NCBI GenBank assembly: GCA_041661545.1
Contig: JBAZUH010000001.1
Coordinates: forward strand, 672,148-736,147
Origin: Candidatus Staskawiczbacteria bacterium
GTDB taxonomy: Bacteria > Patescibacteriota > Minisyncoccia > Minisyncoccales > Staskawiczbacteraceae
Direction: 5' to 3'
Length of the DNA stretch: 64,000 bases
Positions 1 through 7,993 of this stretch are shown here, in pieces. A program made the position numbers and the translations under genes. Within the stretch, counting starts at the first letter, position 1, and each line of letters opens with the position of its first letter. The notes beneath the pieces were generated by a model. That model saw only the letters and a list, made by a program, of their open reading frames with translations. It ran no database searches and was not told the origin of the DNA.

Positions 1-71
1 GGGGCGTAGAATGGTGGTATTGGATGAAAACCATTAAAAATCAGCCCGAAATGTGGAGTGAGGCAAAAATA

Positions 72-461
72 TTATTTTTTACCCCAGAGATAAACTAGAA
101 TTATTAAATAGGTAAAATGTAAAAATACATCTGTGGGGGTTGAATCAAAAACAAAGAGTTCTTTAAGGTTTAAAATTATATTTTTACCATTAATTGCAAA
201 AGCACCTAATATGGCACAAACTATAAATATGGAAAATATAAATAAAATTTCCTTTGTTCTTATATTTAAAATTAGCAATAAACCGCCAACTATTTCTACT
301 AATATGACAAGCGTTATTAAATAATACGCTGAAGCAAAATTGAATTTAGAGAATTCTATAATAGCATTTTGCCAATTAAAAACTCTATATATTCCAGCAA
401 ACAAAAACACAAATCCTAGAAAATATCTTAATAAATTGTTGATTTTTAATTTATTTATCAT
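72..461 (-). CDS. DoxX-family small integral membrane protein
   Basis: 129-aa ORF with four hydrophobic helices and FAGIYRV / GGLLLIL patterns that I associate with DoxX. One of very few minus-strand genes. Confidence 0.5.
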   Translation of the reverse strand: MINKLKINNLLRYFLGFVFLFAGIYRVFNWQNAIIEFSKFNFASAYYLITLVILVEIVGGLLLILNIRTKEILFIFSIFIVCAILGAFAINGKNIILNLKELFVFDSTPTDVFLHFTYLIILVYLWGKK

Positions 462-488
462 ATTATAATATTATCACAAATTAATAAC

Positions 489-1610
489 ATGGAAAAGAAG
501 AAAGTTTTAATTTTATATGCGCCGCTAGGAGAGGGTCATGGATCAGCAGCTAAGGCTATAGTTGAGGCTTTTGCTTTAAAATACCCAGAAATAGAGGTTA
601 AGAATATAGATATTTTAGATTTTGTTTTTGATATATTTAAGCATAGTTTGCCATGGGTATATAATCAGACAACCATAAAAACTCCAACTTTATATAAATG
701 GATTTATGATTATTACAATTATAGACTACGCCATAAGTATTTAAACCAAGTGTCTAGTGTTATTTTAAAAAAATCTAGACTGGTAAAATTTATAGAAGAA
801 TATAACCCAGACCTTATTATTTCTACTAACCCTTTGGCCATGCAATTAGTGTCATTAACTAAAAAGAAAAATATAATAAATATTTTGTCTGCTAATGTTT
901 GTACAGATTTTGGTTTTCACGCTCTTTGGAGCAATGAAGACGTAAATTATTATTTTGTAGCTAATAATGAGATAAAAGAGTCTTTAATTAAACATGGAGT
1001 TAATAAAGAAATAATTAAAATAACGGGCATTCCTATTAGTCAAAAATTTAATAAAAATATAAATAGGGAAAAAATTATAAGTGATTTAAATTTTGATAAT
1101 TCTGGCCCCATTTTATTGATAGTTGGAGGTAGAATTCATTATAGAGATTTAGTTAAAATTATTAATGGATTAAAGAGCAAAAACAATAAGATTCAATTTA
1201 TTATTGTTGCTGGCCGAGATAAAATTTTACAAGAAAAGCTAGAAAATTCAGAAATTAAAAAAGAATCGTATGTAAAGGTTTTTAATTTTATAGACAATAT
1301 AGAAGATTATATGGTTGCCGCTGATTTGGTGTTAACAAAAGCAGGTGGTCTTACGGTTTCTGAATGTTTGGCCAAAAGTTTGCCAATGGTATTTAACGAT
1401 ATTATACCAGGGCAAGAAGAAGATAATGTAAAATTTGTAGTTAAGCATGTAGCTGGTGTAAAAGCTGGTAGTGCTAAAAAATCTATTGATGCTATAAATA
1501 AATTACTTTTAAATTCCCAAAAATTATTAGAAATGAAGCAAAATTGTCAAAAAATTGCCAAACCCAAAGCAGCTGAAGATTTAGTAGATATTATAATATC
1601 TAAAACATAA
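489..1610 (+). CDS. Diacylglycerol glycosyltransferase (MGDG synthase / UgtP-like, GT28)
   Basis: N-terminal 'KVLILYAPLGEGHGSAAKAI' and C-terminal 'LTKAGGLTVSECLA ... PGQEEDN' match the MGDG-synthase/UgtP architecture. Confidence 0.7.
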   Translation: MEKKKVLILYAPLGEGHGSAAKAIVEAFALKYPEIEVKNIDILDFVFDIFKHSLPWVYNQTTIKTPTLYKWIYDYYNYRLRHKYLNQVSSVILKKSRLVKFIEEYNPDLIISTNPLAMQLVSLTKKKNIINILSANVCTDFGFHALWSNEDVNYYFVANNEIKESLIKHGVNKEIIKITGIPISQKFNKNINREKIISDLNFDNSGPILLIVGGRIHYRDLVKIINGLKSKNNKIQFIIVAGRDKILQEKLENSEIKKESYVKVFNFIDNIEDYMVAADLVLTKAGGLTVSECLAKSLPMVFNDIIPGQEEDNVKFVVKHVAGVKAGSAKKSIDAINKLLLNSQKLLEMKQNCQKIAKPKAAEDLVDIIISKT

Positions 1611-1622
1611 ATATAATAAAAT

Positions 1623-2867
1623 ATGTACGATTTACCTAAAATACCAAAGTTTAATTTAAAGAAGTTTAATAAAAAGTTTATAAAAAAAATTAAAAACACA
1701 AAGTTTTGGGGTATTTTGATTATAGTTTCTATGGGTTGCGTCATTGGTTTTTCTGCTGGAACAGTTGCTTTGCATTATTTTCCATTACAAACCCAAGCAT
1801 TTTTACAATATTTTAAGTTACCAGAAAAGTCTATAAAAGTTGAAGAAAAGCCAATTAGTGATTTATATATTTCTAAGGTTGCTTATGAACAAGCTATAAT
1901 TGATGCAGCTAAAAATGTTTCACCATCTGTTGTAAGTATTATCGTTTCTAAAAAATTACCTGAGTACCAAGAGGTTGGTGCCGGATCTGGCTTTATTGTT
2001 ACAGCAGATGGTTTGGTTTTAACAAACAAGCACGTTGTATTAGATAAAAAAGCAGATTATACAGTTGTAACCAATAATGGAAAAAAATATAAAGCTAAAG
2101 TTTTAGCATTAGACCCCGTGCAAGATTTGGCTTTAATAAAAATTACATCCGAAGATGATAACATTTTGTTTCAACCAGTTAAATTGGGTAATTCTTCTGG
2201 CATACAAATAGGGCAAAGCGCAATTGCCATTGGAAATGCCCTAGGAGAATTTTCTAATACAGTTTCTGTTGGAGTTATTTCTGGTCTTAAAAGAACAATT
2301 TCAGCTTCTGATAACACGGGCTCTTTTTCTGAAACCCTAGAAGGAATTATTCAAACAGATGCTGCAATTAACACAGGCAATTCTGGCGGGCCATTATTAA
2401 ATTTAAATGGGGAAGTTATTGGCATTAATACCGCAATGGCAGAGGGGGCAGAAGCCATTGGTTTTGCTATTCCTATTAATATGGCTAAAAGAAGCATAGA
2501 TCAAGTTATAAAAACAAATAAAATTGTGTATCCATTTGTAGGAGTAAGATATGTTTTAATTGATGAAGATATTAAAAAAGAAAAAAAATTATCAGTAGAT
2601 TATGGAGCATTAGTTATAAAAGGAGATAATGGTGAGCCAGCTATAACTAAAGGTTCTCCTGCCCAAAAAGCAGGAATTAAAGAAAAAGACATTCTTTTGC
2701 AAATTAATGGAGAAAAAATTACTCTTGATAACTCGGTTGTGGTAATTCTTCAGAAATATAATGTTGGAGATGAAATTACCATACATCTTTTAAGGCCTGC
2801 CAAATTGGCAGGTACAGCGGGCCAAGAAATAGATATTATTTTAAAATTAGCTGAGCGAGCTCCATAA
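1623..2867 (+). CDS. htrA: HtrA/DegP-family serine protease with N-terminal membrane anchor and C-terminal PDZ domain
   Basis: Catalytic motifs TNKHVV (His), DLALIKI (Asp) and GNSGGPLLN (Ser). PDZ-like 'GSPAQKAGIKEKDILLQINGEKI'. Confidence 0.9.
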   Translation: MYDLPKIPKFNLKKFNKKFIKKIKNTKFWGILIIVSMGCVIGFSAGTVALHYFPLQTQAFLQYFKLPEKSIKVEEKPISDLYISKVAYEQAIIDAAKNVSPSVVSIIVSKKLPEYQEVGAGSGFIVTADGLVLTNKHVVLDKKADYTVVTNNGKKYKAKVLALDPVQDLALIKITSEDDNILFQPVKLGNSSGIQIGQSAIAIGNALGEFSNTVSVGVISGLKRTISASDNTGSFSETLEGIIQTDAAINTGNSGGPLLNLNGEVIGINTAMAEGAEAIGFAIPINMAKRSIDQVIKTNKIVYPFVGVRYVLIDEDIKKEKKLSVDYGALVIKGDNGEPAITKGSPAQKAGIKEKDILLQINGEKITLDNSVVVILQKYNVGDEITIHLLRPAKLAGTAGQEIDIILKLAERAP

Positions 2868-2870
2868 CGG

Positions 2871-2899
2871 TTGACATTATTGTTTGTATTTGATAAATT
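2871..2899 (+). promoter_or_regulatory. Putative sigma70-type promoter (TTGACA-17 nt-TAAATT) directly after htrA, with no ORF behind it
   Basis: Perfect -35 hexamer, 17-nt spacer and a 4/6 -10 hexamer, read by eye. Confidence 0.3.
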
Positions 2900-2940
2900 A
2901 TAAATGTATGAATAAGATTAACTCAATTTACTCAGTTAAA

Positions 2941-2975
2941 TACCGCGAAGCGGTAATTTCGCTTTCTGCGAAATT
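2941..2975 (+). other. Two back-to-back GC-rich hairpins (taccgc-gaa-gcggta; aatttcgc-tttct-gcgaaatt)
   Basis: Perfect 6-bp and 8-bp inverted repeats. Same double-hairpin style as 61790..61820. Confidence 0.7.
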
Positions 2976-3083
2976 ATTTAATAGGGTAAACAGCTGGTAT
3001 TTCTTTTTTAGCCCCTTTGCGAGAGAGGTTGGTTTTGGAGAATTAAAAAAGTAAAAAGAAAAATACTTAATTAATCAAAACAA

Positions 3084-3107
3084 GCTTCTCTCGCGAGAGG
3101 CTTTTTT
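3084..3107 (+). terminator. Rho-independent terminator (gcttctc-tcgc-gagaggc + T6)
   Basis: 7-bp stem with one G-T pair, a tetraloop and a T-run. Lies about 215 nt after the htrA stop. Confidence 0.55.
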
Positions 3108-3159
3108 CGAACGTGCAACATGCACATTAACAACTCAACAAAAAAATGGAGGCTACAAA

Positions 3160-3483
3160 ATGACAACAGATAAAGCAGTACGTTTTGTGCTAGAAGTAAG
3201 GCCAATATTGCAAAAAAGCCACGATTTTGTGGGGAAGCCATCAGAAGGACTATCTTCTGTTCGCGATGGCAAAGATTGGTATCATGTGGATAGTCAAAAT
3301 GTTCCGGCTTATAATCAGCGATATTTATTTGTAGGAGATTTTTCGGGCGGCGTTGCGAAGGTAAGAGATGCATTGGGATATTTTTATATATATCCTGATG
3401 GCAGAGAAGTTTTTTCAGAACGGTTTAATCATTATGATGTAGAGGGGTTAAAGCGAGCGTTAGAAGGTGTAACCAAGGAGTAG
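3160..3483 (+). CDS. WG-repeat (KWG-like beta-repeat) protein, short / possibly a fragment, in a GC-rich islet
   Basis: Two repeats of the pattern 'EGLSSVRDGKDWYHVD' / 'GGVAKVRDALGYFYIYPDGREV'. Strong SD GGAGG sits 7 nt upstream. G+C is clearly above the surroundings. Confidence 0.5.
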   Translation: MTTDKAVRFVLEVRPILQKSHDFVGKPSEGLSSVRDGKDWYHVDSQNVPAYNQRYLFVGDFSGGVAKVRDALGYFYIYPDGREVFSERFNHYDVEGLKRALEGVTKE

Positions 3484-3500
3484 CCATATTATTTAGTAAT

Positions 3501-3532
3501 GCGGGATTCTATCATGACCCCGCTCTTTTTTT
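3501..3532 (+). terminator. Rho-independent terminator after the WG-repeat gene
   Basis: gcggg ... cccgc stem followed by tcTTTTTTT. Confidence 0.55.
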
Positions 3533-3542
3533 GGGTGAGGGG

Positions 3543-3569
3543 TTGTCACTCTTGACTTGAGAGTGCTAT
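3543..3569 (+). promoter_or_regulatory. CIRCE-like inverted repeat (HrcA operator-like) upstream of clpB
   Basis: TTGTCACTC-N9-GAGTGCTAT versus the CIRCE consensus TTAGCACTC-N9-GAGTGCTAA (7/9 and 8/9). Overlaps the -35 of the clpB promoter. Confidence 0.6.
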
Positions 3570-3580
3570 TGATATAAAAT
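3552..3580 (+). promoter_or_regulatory. clpB promoter (TTGACT-17 nt-TAAAAT)
   Basis: Near-consensus hexamers with 17-nt spacing. The -10 ends at 3580, so the ATG at 3581 is unlikely to be the true start. Confidence 0.6.
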
Positions 3581-6337
3581 ATGGGAGATGGTAGAATAAA
3601 ATATAAAAAATATATAAAAACTATGAACGGAGCAAATTTTACAAATAAGGCACAGGATGCGTTAATGCAAGCACAGTCTTTGGCTCAAGAAAAGGGACAA
3701 TCGCAAATTGATGCGTTACATTTATTATCTGTTTTATTAACACAAGAGGGTTCTATTATAATTACAATTTTGCAAAAACTTGGAGTTGACCCTGATGTTT
3801 TAATCAAAAAAGTTGATTTACAAATTTTAAAAATTCCACCAATTGCAACGCAACAGGCATTTGGCCAGTTTTATCTTACACAAGATATGGCCAAGGTTTT
3901 AGACAGAGCTAGGCAGGAAGCAATAAAAATGAATGATGAATTTATTTCAATTGAACATTTATTTTTAGCTTTAGTTGATACAAAATCTGGCGCAAAAGAT
4001 GTTTTAGAAAAAGTTAATTTTTTGTCGGGAAGCCCTTCGGGAATAGATGGGGCCGGCTTAAAAAGTTCAAAACTTGATTATGAGGTGGTTATGAAAGTTT
4101 TGTCTCAAATAAGAGGCGGGCAAAGAATTACCGACCCAGAACCAGAATCAAAATATCAAGTAATTGAAAAATATACTAGAAATTTAACAAATTTAGCTGC
4201 TGCAGGCAAAATTGATCCAATAGTCGGAAGAGACAACGAAGTTAGAAGATTAATGCAAATAATTTCTAGAAGAACTAAGAATAATCCAGTTTTAATTGGA
4301 GAAGCTGGCGTTGGTAAAACAGCTATTGTTGAAGGTTTTGCACAAAAAATTGCAAGAGGAAACGTGCCCGATTTTTTAAAAAATAAAGAAATTATTTCTT
4401 TAGATTTGGGGTCTATAATAGCAGGCACAAAATACAGGGGAGAATTTGAAACAAGAATAAAAGCTTTATTAAAAGAGCTTTCCAGGTCTGCAGGAAAATA
4501 TATTTTGTTTATAGATGAGCTCCACACTTTAGTGGGAGCAGGAGCTGCCGAAGGTGCAATTGACGCTTCAAATCTTTTAAAGCCAGCGTTGGCTAGGGGA
4601 GAGTTGCGGGCTATTGGAGCTACAACTTTAAGAGAATATCAAAAATATATTGAAAAAGACCCAGCTTTAGAAAGAAGATTTCAACCTATTTTTGTTCAAG
4701 AGCCAAGCATCGAAGACGCTACTGCAATGTTGCGTGGCATAAAAGAAAAATATGAAGTTCATCATGGAGTAAAAATAAAAGATTCTGCAATTAAGGCAGC
4801 TGTAGATTTGGCTTCAAGATATATTGCCGACAGGTTTTTACCAGATAAAGCAGTAGATTTAATGGATGAAGCAGCTTCAGCTTTAAGATTAGAAATTGAA
4901 TCTGACCCACAAGAGTTAGAAAAATTTGACGAGGCTATTATGAAGTTAGAAATTGAAAAACAAGCTTTAAAAAAAGAAAAAGGAAGCGAAAGAAGGCTTA
5001 AAGTAATTGCCAGAGAATTGGCCAACTTAAATGAAAAAGCAAAATCATTAAGGTTAAAATGGGGAGCTGAAAAAGAATTAATTAATAAAATTAAAGACAT
5101 AAGAGAAAAAGTAGATAATTTATCTTATCAAACAGAAATTGCACAAAGAGAAGCTGATTTAGAAAAAGTTGCAGAAATAAAATATGGGAAAATTCCAGAA
5201 TTATTAAGAGAACTAGCTGCCACAGAACAAAAATTAATTAAAATACAAAAAGAACATAGGTTCTTAAAAGAAGAAGTTACCGAAGAAGAAGTAGCTCGCG
5301 TTGTTTCACGCTGGACGGGCATTCCTGTTACTCGTTTAATAACCGAAGAAGCTAAAAAATTAGAAACAATGGAAGATACTCTAAATAAAAGAGTAATCGG
5401 CCAACAAGAGGCGATTTCAGCCATTTCAAGGGCTATTAGAAGAGCTAGGGCAGGGATTTCAGAAGAAAATAAACCATTGGGCTCTTTCTTGTTTTTAGGA
5501 CCAACAGGAGTTGGAAAAACCGAAACCGCCAGAGCTTTGGCTGAGTTTTTGTTTGATGACGAAAAGGCAATGATAAGGCTAGATATGTCAGAATATATGG
5601 AGCGTCATACAGTTTCAAAAATTATTGGAAGCCCTCCAGGATATGTTGGTTACGAAGAATCTGGTCAATTAACAGAAAAAGTTAGACGAAGGCCATATTC
5701 AGTGCTTTTGTTAGACGAAGTTGAAAAAGCCCACCCAGATGTGTTTAATATTTTATTGCAAATTTTTGAAGATGGCAGGTTAACAGACTCTAAGGGTAGG
5801 TTAGTATCATTTAAAAATACAATTATTATAATGACATCTAATTTGGGAAGTGACTATATTAACAAAATGTCTTCACTTGGGTTTAATAACAAAGAAGAAT
5901 TAGTTCAAAGAGAAAATATGAGAGAAAAAATCTTTGATACTTTGCGCGACTCATTTAGACCAGAATTTTTAAATAGAATTGATGAAATGGTTATATTCAA
6001 TTATTTGAAAAAAGAGCAAATTAAAACAATTGTTGATTTGGAATTGTCTAAAGTAGAAAAACGTTTAGCCACTAAAGAAATAAAAATTAGTATTTCTGAA
6101 AAAGCCAAAGAACTTTTAGTAAAAGAAGGATTTGATCAAAATTTGGGAGCTCGTCCGCTAAAAAGAGTTATTCAGCGCTTAATTTTAGACCCATTATCAG
6201 TTAAAATTGTGGCTAATGAAATTACCGAAGGCAGTAGGGTATTAATTGATCAGCAAGAAGGAAAAATAGTCTTTGATGCCCCTCGGTTATTACCAAGAAT
6301 GCAAAATAATAGAAAATTAGCTAAAATTAAAAAGTAA
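3581..6337 (+). CDS. clpB: ClpB disaggregase (AAA+ chaperone); true start probably ATG at 3623 ([14 protein letters not shown]...)
   Basis: Clp N-domain repeats. Two Walker A sites ([18 protein letters not shown]), a long coiled-coil middle domain and 'GARPLKR' near the C-terminus. Confidence 0.95.
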   Translation: MGDGRIKYKKYIKTMNGANFTNKAQDALMQAQSLAQEKGQSQIDALHLLSVLLTQEGSIIITILQKLGVDPDVLIKKVDLQILKIPPIATQQAFGQFYLTQDMAKVLDRARQEAIKMNDEFISIEHLFLALVDTKSGAKDVLEKVNFLSGSPSGIDGAGLKSSKLDYEVVMKVLSQIRGGQRITDPEPESKYQVIEKYTRNLTNLAAAGKIDPIVGRDNEVRRLMQIISRRTKNNPVLIGEAGVGKTAIVEGFAQKIARGNVPDFLKNKEIISLDLGSIIAGTKYRGEFETRIKALLKELSRSAGKYILFIDELHTLVGAGAAEGAIDASNLLKPALARGELRAIGATTLREYQKYIEKDPALERRFQPIFVQEPSIEDATAMLRGIKEKYEVHHGVKIKDSAIKAAVDLASRYIADRFLPDKAVDLMDEAASALRLEIESDPQELEKFDEAIMKLEIEKQALKKEKGSERRLKVIARELANLNEKAKSLRLKWGAEKELINKIKDIREKVDNLSYQTEIAQREADLEKVAEIKYGKIPELLRELAATEQKLIKIQKEHRFLKEEVTEEEVARVVSRWTGIPVTRLITEEAKKLETMEDTLNKRVIGQQEAISAISRAIRRARAGISEENKPLGSFLFLGPTGVGKTETARALAEFLFDDEKAMIRLDMSEYMERHTVSKIIGSPPGYVGYEESGQLTEKVRRRPYSVLLLDEVEKAHPDVFNILLQIFEDGRLTDSKGRLVSFKNTIIIMTSNLGSDYINKMSSLGFNNKEELVQRENMREKIFDTLRDSFRPEFLNRIDEMVIFNYLKKEQIKTIVDLELSKVEKRLATKEIKISISEKAKELLVKEGFDQNLGARPLKRVIQRLILDPLSVKIVANEITEGSRVLIDQQEGKIVFDAPRLLPRMQNNRKLAKIKK

Positions 6338-6348
6338 AAAATAAAAAA

Positions 6349-6374
6349 CCCTCGGAATATTCCGAGGGTTTTTT
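6349..6374 (+). terminator. clpB rho-independent terminator
   Basis: ccctcgga-atat-tccgaggg followed by T6. Confidence 0.9.
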
Positions 6375-6403
6375 AGTTCAAAAACCCAGTTATACAACTG
6401 GGC

Positions 6404-6440
6404 AAGAGTTATCCACAGTTTGTTAAGTGGATTTTTGTTT
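6404..6440 (+). repeat. Direct repeat copy 1 (aagagTTATCCACAgtttgttaagtggatttttgttt)
   Basis: About 37 bp, repeated at 6950..6986 with 3 mismatches. Contains a perfect TTATCCACA 9-mer and an ATCCAC/GTGGAT hairpin followed by T5. Confidence 0.9.
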
Positions 6441-6488
6441 ATAAAAAGATGTAAAATAGAATAATAAAAAATTAGTTCTTTAAAATAT

Positions 6489-6555
6489 TTGGTGGCCGAA
6501 GATGAAATTTAAATTTTTTGTATTAATATTCATAAATTTCATCTTCGGCTACCAA
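6489..6555 (+). other. Long hairpin (23-bp stem with one G-T pair, 21-nt AT loop) immediately 5' of the HNH gene RBS
   Basis: ttggtggccgaagatgaaattta ... taaatttcatcttcggctaccaa. Confidence 0.85.
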
Positions 6556-6573
6556 CAATCAAGGGGGTAACAA

Positions 6574-6885
6574 ATGAGGTTCTTTAAATGCAGGTGGAAG
6601 ATATGCAGGAGAAAAAGATGTGCAAGGTGTCGCACTCGATATAGAATAACCCGCCATCACGTCATTCCTAAAGTGCATTGCAAAGGTAGTAACGAAATCA
6701 TTCATCTTTGCCGATACTGCCACAAGTGTATTGAGACGATAATTCTAACAGAAGAGGTAATTGCTGGGGGTTGCGACGTAGGAGAAAGGTTTAGGCTTCC
6801 AGACGAGCGCTATCGTGAAATTGCACGCCTGTTTGTTAAAAGAGAATACCAGCCAGCCAGCGCACCCGAGCTTACCAGCTGTTAA
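6574..6885 (+). CDS. Small HNH-family endonuclease in a GC-rich cassette
   Basis: 'RHHVIPK...GSNEIIHLCRYCHKCIE' fits the HNH His-Asn-His/Cys-box pattern. N-terminus is Arg/Cys-rich. Strong SD AAGGGGG. Confidence 0.6.
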   Translation: MRFFKCRWKICRRKRCARCRTRYRITRHHVIPKVHCKGSNEIIHLCRYCHKCIETIILTEEVIAGGCDVGERFRLPDERYREIARLFVKREYQPASAPELTSC

Positions 6886-6915
6886 TTTGTGTCATTTACT
6901 ACCCACCTTCGTGAT

Positions 6916-6944
6916 GGGCTGTTGCACAACGGCCCCATTTTTTT
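6916..6944 (+). terminator. Rho-independent terminator of the HNH cassette
   Basis: gggctgttg-cac-caacggccc (one G-T pair) followed by aT7. Confidence 0.7.
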
Positions 6945-6949
6945 GAGGT

Positions 6950-6986
6950 AAGAGTTATCCACAGCTTATTAAGTGGATTTTTATTT
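6950..6986 (+). repeat. Direct repeat copy 2 (aagagTTATCCACAgcttattaagtggatttttatttt)
   Basis: See 6404..6440. The two copies bracket the HNH cassette 546 bp apart. Confidence 0.9.
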
Positions 6987-7138
6987 TTTAAAACAACGTA
7001 TTGGTAAGTGTGACTTTAAATTATTGTAAAAATATTTGGATAATGGTTTAATTAAATAAAAAATGTGCTAATTTTCTTATAGTTAGAAAATTGAATATAA
7101 ATTTTAAAATAAAATAAAAATTAAATAAGTATAAAATC

Positions 7139-7993
7139 ATGAAAGAATATAAAGATTTTAACAATAAACTAAAATTGTTGATTAGTAAGCGGAGAGATTT
7201 AATCGTCAATACGTTATCTAATATATTTACAATGAGATTAATCGGCAATAAGACGCATGGTGATTTGGCCGAAATAGGAATGGCTGAATTTGTTCATCAG
7301 TTTATGTATGACTACGATAGTAAACATGTTGGGAAAGACCTTTTTCGCGCAAAGGAGCATGAAGAAGATATTATGATTATTAATGAAGTTACAAAGTTCC
7401 AATTCCCAGTTAGTTTAAAGGCATATGGGGATGGCCCTTTACAGCTTTCGACAGATAGTGACCAAAAAATGTTTCCATATCTTGAAAAGCAAGGTAAAGA
7501 TATTGTAAACAAGAAAAAAATTAGAGAAATTTTTTCTTCACAGGCATTCTCTGATTTTAATAATATAAATGTTATGCCTCTAATTTATAATGAACAAAAG
7601 AAGCAATGTAATATCATGGTTTTTGATCATGATAAAGCAATAAAAAATACAGAACGTATTTTTTATATAGGTAAAGAAGAAAGTTTTGGTAGTAAAAAAT
7701 CAGGTAAATCTAGAAAGCACCCAATTTTTTTGTTTTTAGATAATAAAAATAATTATATTTGCGAAGTTAGGTATGGTGGAGCAGCGGCGAATGCATTGCA
7801 AAGAGGCCTTTGGACAAATACAAAGCATGCCAGCTCTTATTTTGATAGTATCACGGACGGGTGGATTGATTATTCGCACAATTTAACGCTTGTAAGATTA
7901 TTTAGTCTTGCGCTAAATAGTCGGGAAGAATGTCATAAAGAGGTGAATGTAATCTTACAAAGAGATATAAATAAATTGAATGAAAGAAAATAG
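7139..7993 (+). CDS. Putative type II restriction endonuclease (family not recognised)
   Basis: 284-aa ORF overlapping the downstream adenine methyltransferase by 14 nt. Possible PD-(D/E)xK-like 'EEDIMIINE...VSLKAYG'. The call rests mainly on context. Confidence 0.45.
   Translation: MKEYKDFNNKLKLLISKRRDLIVNTLSNIFTMRLIGNKTHGDLAEIGMAEFVHQFMYDYDSKHVGKDLFRAKEHEEDIMIINEVTKFQFPVSLKAYGDGPLQLSTDSDQKMFPYLEKQGKDIVNKKKIREIFSSQAFSDFNNINVMPLIYNEQKKQCNIMVFDHDKAIKNTERIFYIGKEESFGSKKSGKSRKHPIFLFLDNKNNYICEVRYGGAAANALQRGLWTNTKHASSYFDSITDGWIDYSHNLTLVRLFSLALNSREECHKEVNVILQRDINKLNERK

Noticed and set aside
1-71. GC-richer first 70 nt as the 3' end of an RNA gene
   Set aside because: The sequence is truncated by the window edge and shows no tRNA, tmRNA or rRNA terminal signature that I can recognise. 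There is not enough sequence to judge.
3581-3622. N-terminal 14-codon extension of ClpB in the ORF track
   Set aside because: The promoter -10 ends at 3580, so the transcript probably starts after 3581. The conserved Clp N-domain begins right after the ATG at 3623.
4156-5424. Antisense ORFs inside clpB (4156..4527, 4762..5100, 5128..5424 on the minus strand)
   Set aside because: They are low-complexity, Ser/Ile/Phe-rich mirror frames of a confidently identified gene. This is a typical artefact of AT-rich Lys/Glu-rich coding sequence.
6404-6986. Two perfect DnaA-box 9-mers (TTATCCACA, inside the repeats at 6404..6440 and 6950..6986) as a replication origin
   Set aside because: There are only two boxes, each embedded in a longer direct repeat. 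There is no dnaA or dnaN nearby, no cluster of boxes, no obvious AT-rich unwinding repeats, and gene orientation is the same on both sides.
6404-6986. HNH cassette as an integron gene cassette (the repeat contains GTTAAGT, matching GTTRRRY)
   Set aside because: The repeat hairpin is only 6 bp, far shorter than attC sites. No inverse core RYYYAAC partner is present, and there is no intI or Pc/attI in the window. I kept it only as a remark.
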